Shown here in pieces: positions 60,871 to 64,000 of a stretch of DNA of 64,000 nucleotides (the stretch's first letter is position 1; every line of letters begins with the position of its first letter). Made by a program: the position numbers and the translations under genes. Source of the DNA: Phycisphaeraceae bacterium (GTDB taxonomy: Bacteria; Planctomycetota; Phycisphaerae; Phycisphaerales; Phycisphaeraceae); assembly GCA_963674705.1 (NCBI GenBank), contig OY771506.1, positions 4,288,001-4,352,000 of the forward strand, read 5' to 3'. The notes under the pieces are model-generated. The model saw nothing but the letters and a program-made list of their open reading frames with translations. It ran no database searches and was not told where the DNA came from.

Positions 60871-63837
60871 TCATTCCGCAGTGTCCACCGCCCCCACCGC
60901 TTCCCCCTTCATCGCTGCTTCCAACTGCGCCTCATCGAGTTGCTCGTTCGTCAGGATCACGACCACAGGATTATTCAGCCGTTCGTTCGCCAGTTCCGTG
61001 AGTTTTGCCGCGTCGACTTCACTCACCGCTTTGAGGAACTTCATCGAGCCCGGGTCGTCCAGGCCGTACACTACATCCAGCGCGTTGAGCATCGCGCGGT
61101 TGTACAGGCTCTGCTTGCTGAAGAACTCGCTCGTCAGCACCTTGGACTTCGCCCGGTCGATGTCCGCCTGATCGAATTCACCCGCCTTCGCCCGACGGAC
61201 TGTCGACATCGTTCGCTGCAAGGCTTCCACCGCCTGCGGCGCGGACGTGTTGAAGATCACTGCCGTATTGCCCGGCACAAGCCCCGCCCATACCGACGCG
61301 CCCACTGAATACACAAGCCCCGGCCCGCGCCCGCGCAGCTCCTGCTCGAGCCAGCCCGAAGGAAAGTCGCTCATCACCGTCGTCAACACACTCAAGCCCG
61401 GATAATCAGGATCATCCCGATCAAGCCCGGGCCCGAACCCGATGTAAAACGCCGTCGCCGGCTTCGTCGTCTGCACCTGCACGATCTTGGCTTCCGCGGG
61501 TATTGTCGATTCAGGCTCAAACGTTTGAGCCTTGTCGTTCGTAAACCCACCGAACACCTTCTGCGCCTCGGCATATACCTGCGCCGGCTCAACATCACCC
61601 ACCACAGACAAAACCATCTGTGAAGGATTCAGGTGTGCCGCGTGGAACGCCTTGAGGTCCTCTGCCGTCAGTGATTCGACCACATCCCGGTTGCCGATCG
61701 TCGGGCTGCCCCACGGGTGATTGCCGAAAAACTCCTTGCGGAACGCCCGCCTAAGCTCGCCGATCCACGTCTCGTTCTCACGGTCGATCGCAGCCAGCAG
61801 CCGCGGTTTGAGTTTCGCCCATTCCTCTGCATCGAACGTCGGATGCATCGTGATGTCAGCCATCATGCTCATCACCGTCTGCCAGTCTTCTTTCAATGCC
61901 GATGCGCTTGTGTACGCCGTGTTGTTTCCTGCCGACGCGCTCAGCGTCGCGCCGAGGTCTTCCACCGCCGCGGAAATCTCATCCGCGCTCTTGCTTTCCG
62001 TGCCGCGCCGCAGCATCTCCGCCGTCGCATTCGCTACGCCCTGATGCCCCGGCTTATCCGCAAGCAATCCACCCGGCCAGTACAACTGCATCGACACCGC
62101 AGGCACCACCGTCGACCGCTGAACCACCACCGTCAACCCGTTATCCAGCGTGTACTGCACCGGCTGATCCACTTCGATCCCTGCGCTGTTGTCCTTCTCG
62201 GATGCCAGGTTCTCGTGCAGCCGATCGATCAATAAATCGTTGTCAAGTTCCACCGGCTCATGCGCGACCGATGCCGGATCGATCGGCGGGGCCTCTCGCT
62301 TCGTCAGCGGGATATCACTTTCCTGGCCCTCCGGCATCGGTAATAACTTCACCGTGATCAGCCGATCGTCGGTCAGAAACTTCTGCGCCGACGCCTGCAA
62401 CTGTTCGACCGTCAGCGCCTGGATCGCCTCCGCGTACCGCTCCAGATATCCCGGATCGGCCAGCGAAATCACTTCCCACGCCAGCGTCGACGCCACGTCC
62501 TCGACCGACTGATTGCTCTGCACGATCCCCGAAATCACCTTCCGCTTCGCGCGGTCCAGCTCTTCCTGCGTGATCGGTTTATCACGCAGCGCCGCCACTT
62601 CCGCCAATAGCGCCGCCTTCAAATCATCCAGCGACGCCTCGCGGTTCGTCGGCTCAGCCGTCACCGTGAAGTATCCATCCGTCCAGACCGAGCTCGAGTT
62701 GTAAGAAGTCACCGACGTCGCAAGCTGCATCTTGTCTCGCACGATCCGCTTAAGCCGGCTCGATTCGCCCTGCCCCAGCACCATCGCCAATACGTCCAGC
62801 TCGTAATCGTCCGGCGCACCCAGTCTCGTGCCGGGCCAGATCAGACGCAGCTTCGGGATCTCCAGGTTCGCATGCCCCACCACCTCGCGCGGCCCTTCGA
62901 TCACAGGCTCCTTCGGGAAGCTCAACTGCGGCAACTGCCCCGCCGGCACATCCTTCCATCTTGCTACGACCTGGTCCACCACCGCCTGCTTGTCAATATC
63001 ACCCACCACAATGAACACCATGTTGTTCGGCACATACATCCGCTTGTAAAAATCATACAACTCGTCACGCGTGATCGTAAGGAACTCATCCATGTACCCG
63101 ATGATCGGATCGCGAGCCGGGTGCACCTGGTACCGCGCCATCTGCGTCAGCTTCCACAGGATCGTGTCCGGCCGACTGTTGCGCATCTCCATCTCTCGCT
63201 GGATCACGCTGCGCTCCCGCTCGAACTCCTCCTGCTTCACCATCGAATGCTGCATCCAGTCCGACACCAGTTCGATCGCCACGTCCGTATGTTCGCTGAC
63301 CGTGTTCACGTAATACCGTGCCGTGTCCAGCCCGGTCGCCGCGTTCGTCTGCGCGCCGATCTTGCCGAGCAATGCGTTCGACGCCTGCTCGTCCCGGTTC
63401 TCGGTTGTCCCGCCAGCAAGCAGGTGTTCAAGGAAGTGGCTCAATCCCGCGCCGACGTGCTCCTGCTCGAACATCGAGCCCGTCTTCACCCACGCCTGGG
63501 CCGTCACCACCGGCGCCGTCGGCAGCTCCTGTGCCACCACGATCATCCGATTCGGCAACTCAACGATCATCCGGTCCGATCGGTCCTGCAACACCACGTA
63601 CTCCTTCGATAGCTTGGGCTTGTCCATGGTCGTCTTGGCGGGTTCGGTCCTGTCCGTATCGGCATGCTCGGTCGCCTGCTCAGGTTGCACCACGTGCATC
63701 TCCCGGCCGCCTCCCGCTTCCTGCGGATTCGTGCACCCCGTTAGCCCCATCCACAGCACCGCCGCCACGGCCAATCCCGCCGCGACACGCCCCCCACGGC
63801 ATAACCGCCTTGCCAAGCTATCGGACACCGCTCTCAT
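60871..63837 (-). CDS. M16 (pitrilysin/PqqL-like) zinc peptidase, lipoprotein
   Basis: Lipobox LTGC; inverted zinc motif HFLEH; NAATG.D..RYY; second degenerate M16 half. Confidence 0.93.
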   Translation of the reverse strand: MRAVSDSLARRLCRGGRVAAGLAVAAVLWMGLTGCTNPQEAGGGREMHVVQPEQATEHADTDRTEPAKTTMDKPKLSKEYVVLQDRSDRMIVELPNRMIVVAQELPTAPVVTAQAWVKTGSMFEQEHVGAGLSHFLEHLLAGGTTENRDEQASNALLGKIGAQTNAATGLDTARYYVNTVSEHTDVAIELVSDWMQHSMVKQEEFERERSVIQREMEMRNSRPDTILWKLTQMARYQVHPARDPIIGYMDEFLTITRDELYDFYKRMYVPNNMVFIVVGDIDKQAVVDQVVARWKDVPAGQLPQLSFPKEPVIEGPREVVGHANLEIPKLRLIWPGTRLGAPDDYELDVLAMVLGQGESSRLKRIVRDKMQLATSVTSYNSSSVWTDGYFTVTAEPTNREASLDDLKAALLAEVAALRDKPITQEELDRAKRKVISGIVQSNQSVEDVASTLAWEVISLADPGYLERYAEAIQALTVEQLQASAQKFLTDDRLITVKLLPMPEGQESDIPLTKREAPPIDPASVAHEPVELDNDLLIDRLHENLASEKDNSAGIEVDQPVQYTLDNGLTVVVQRSTVVPAVSMQLYWPGGLLADKPGHQGVANATAEMLRRGTESKSADEISAAVEDLGATLSASAGNNTAYTSASALKEDWQTVMSMMADITMHPTFDAEEWAKLKPRLLAAIDRENETWIGELRRAFRKEFFGNHPWGSPTIGNRDVVESLTAEDLKAFHAAHLNPSQMVLSVVGDVEPAQVYAEAQKVFGGFTNDKAQTFEPESTIPAEAKIVQVQTTKPATAFYIGFGPGLDRDDPDYPGLSVLTTVMSDFPSGWLEQELRGRGPGLVYSVGASVWAGLVPGNTAVIFNTSAPQAVEALQRTMSTVRRAKAGEFDQADIDRAKSKVLTSEFFSKQSLYNRAMLNALDVVYGLDDPGSMKFLKAVSEVDAAKLTELANERLNNPVVVILTNEQLDEAQLEAAMKGEAVGAVDTAE

Positions 63838-64000
63838 CTTGCTTCCTTTCCTGCTTTTCAGACCCTGATCTATCCGCCCAATCTTAAACATAATATCGGC
63901 CCATCAAGCCCCCCGCCGCTACGACCGATACAAACGATACCCCCCGTCCCGGGCCTTACCCGGCAAAGGGTTAGCTGTTTACTTCGGGTGTTACGCCCGA

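Overview
GC-rich (roughly 60% by eye) bacterial chromosomal segment, most consistent with a planctomycete of class Phycisphaerae. That assignment is inferred from a stand-alone 23S-5S rRNA unit, a short 5S, a dockerin+PEP-CTERM protein, a sulfatase and a cluster of prepilin-type genes. Most of the window is housekeeping and envelope genes: ppdK, def, fmt, HU, bioF, aat, lemA/htpX, rho, coaE, HIT, an M16 peptidase, tRNA-Phe, and a ~16 kb type IV pilus/T2SS-like cluster with two PilB-type ATPases, PilT, PilC and six pilin-like proteins. Less ordinary parts are: (i) a probable mobile-element edge at the left end, with an uncalled Zn-finger/GIY-YIG-like ORF and five back-to-back hairpins; (ii) a stand-alone A-T-TE NRPS-like gene lacking the amino-acid-binding Asp; (iii) a low-GC DpnI-type winged-helix-HNH nuclease between def and fmt; (iv) a 720-bp intergenic repeat hot spot with a 171-bp telomere-like (AGGGTTT)n/(GGGGTGT)n array, a dispersed 34-bp palindromic repeat and a perfect 33-bp AT-rich palindrome; (v) a structured ~270-nt leader before the second pilB; (vi) a frameshifted chemoreceptor. 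No CRISPR array, cas gene, integrase or transposase was seen. All calls come from reading motifs by eye; no searches were run.
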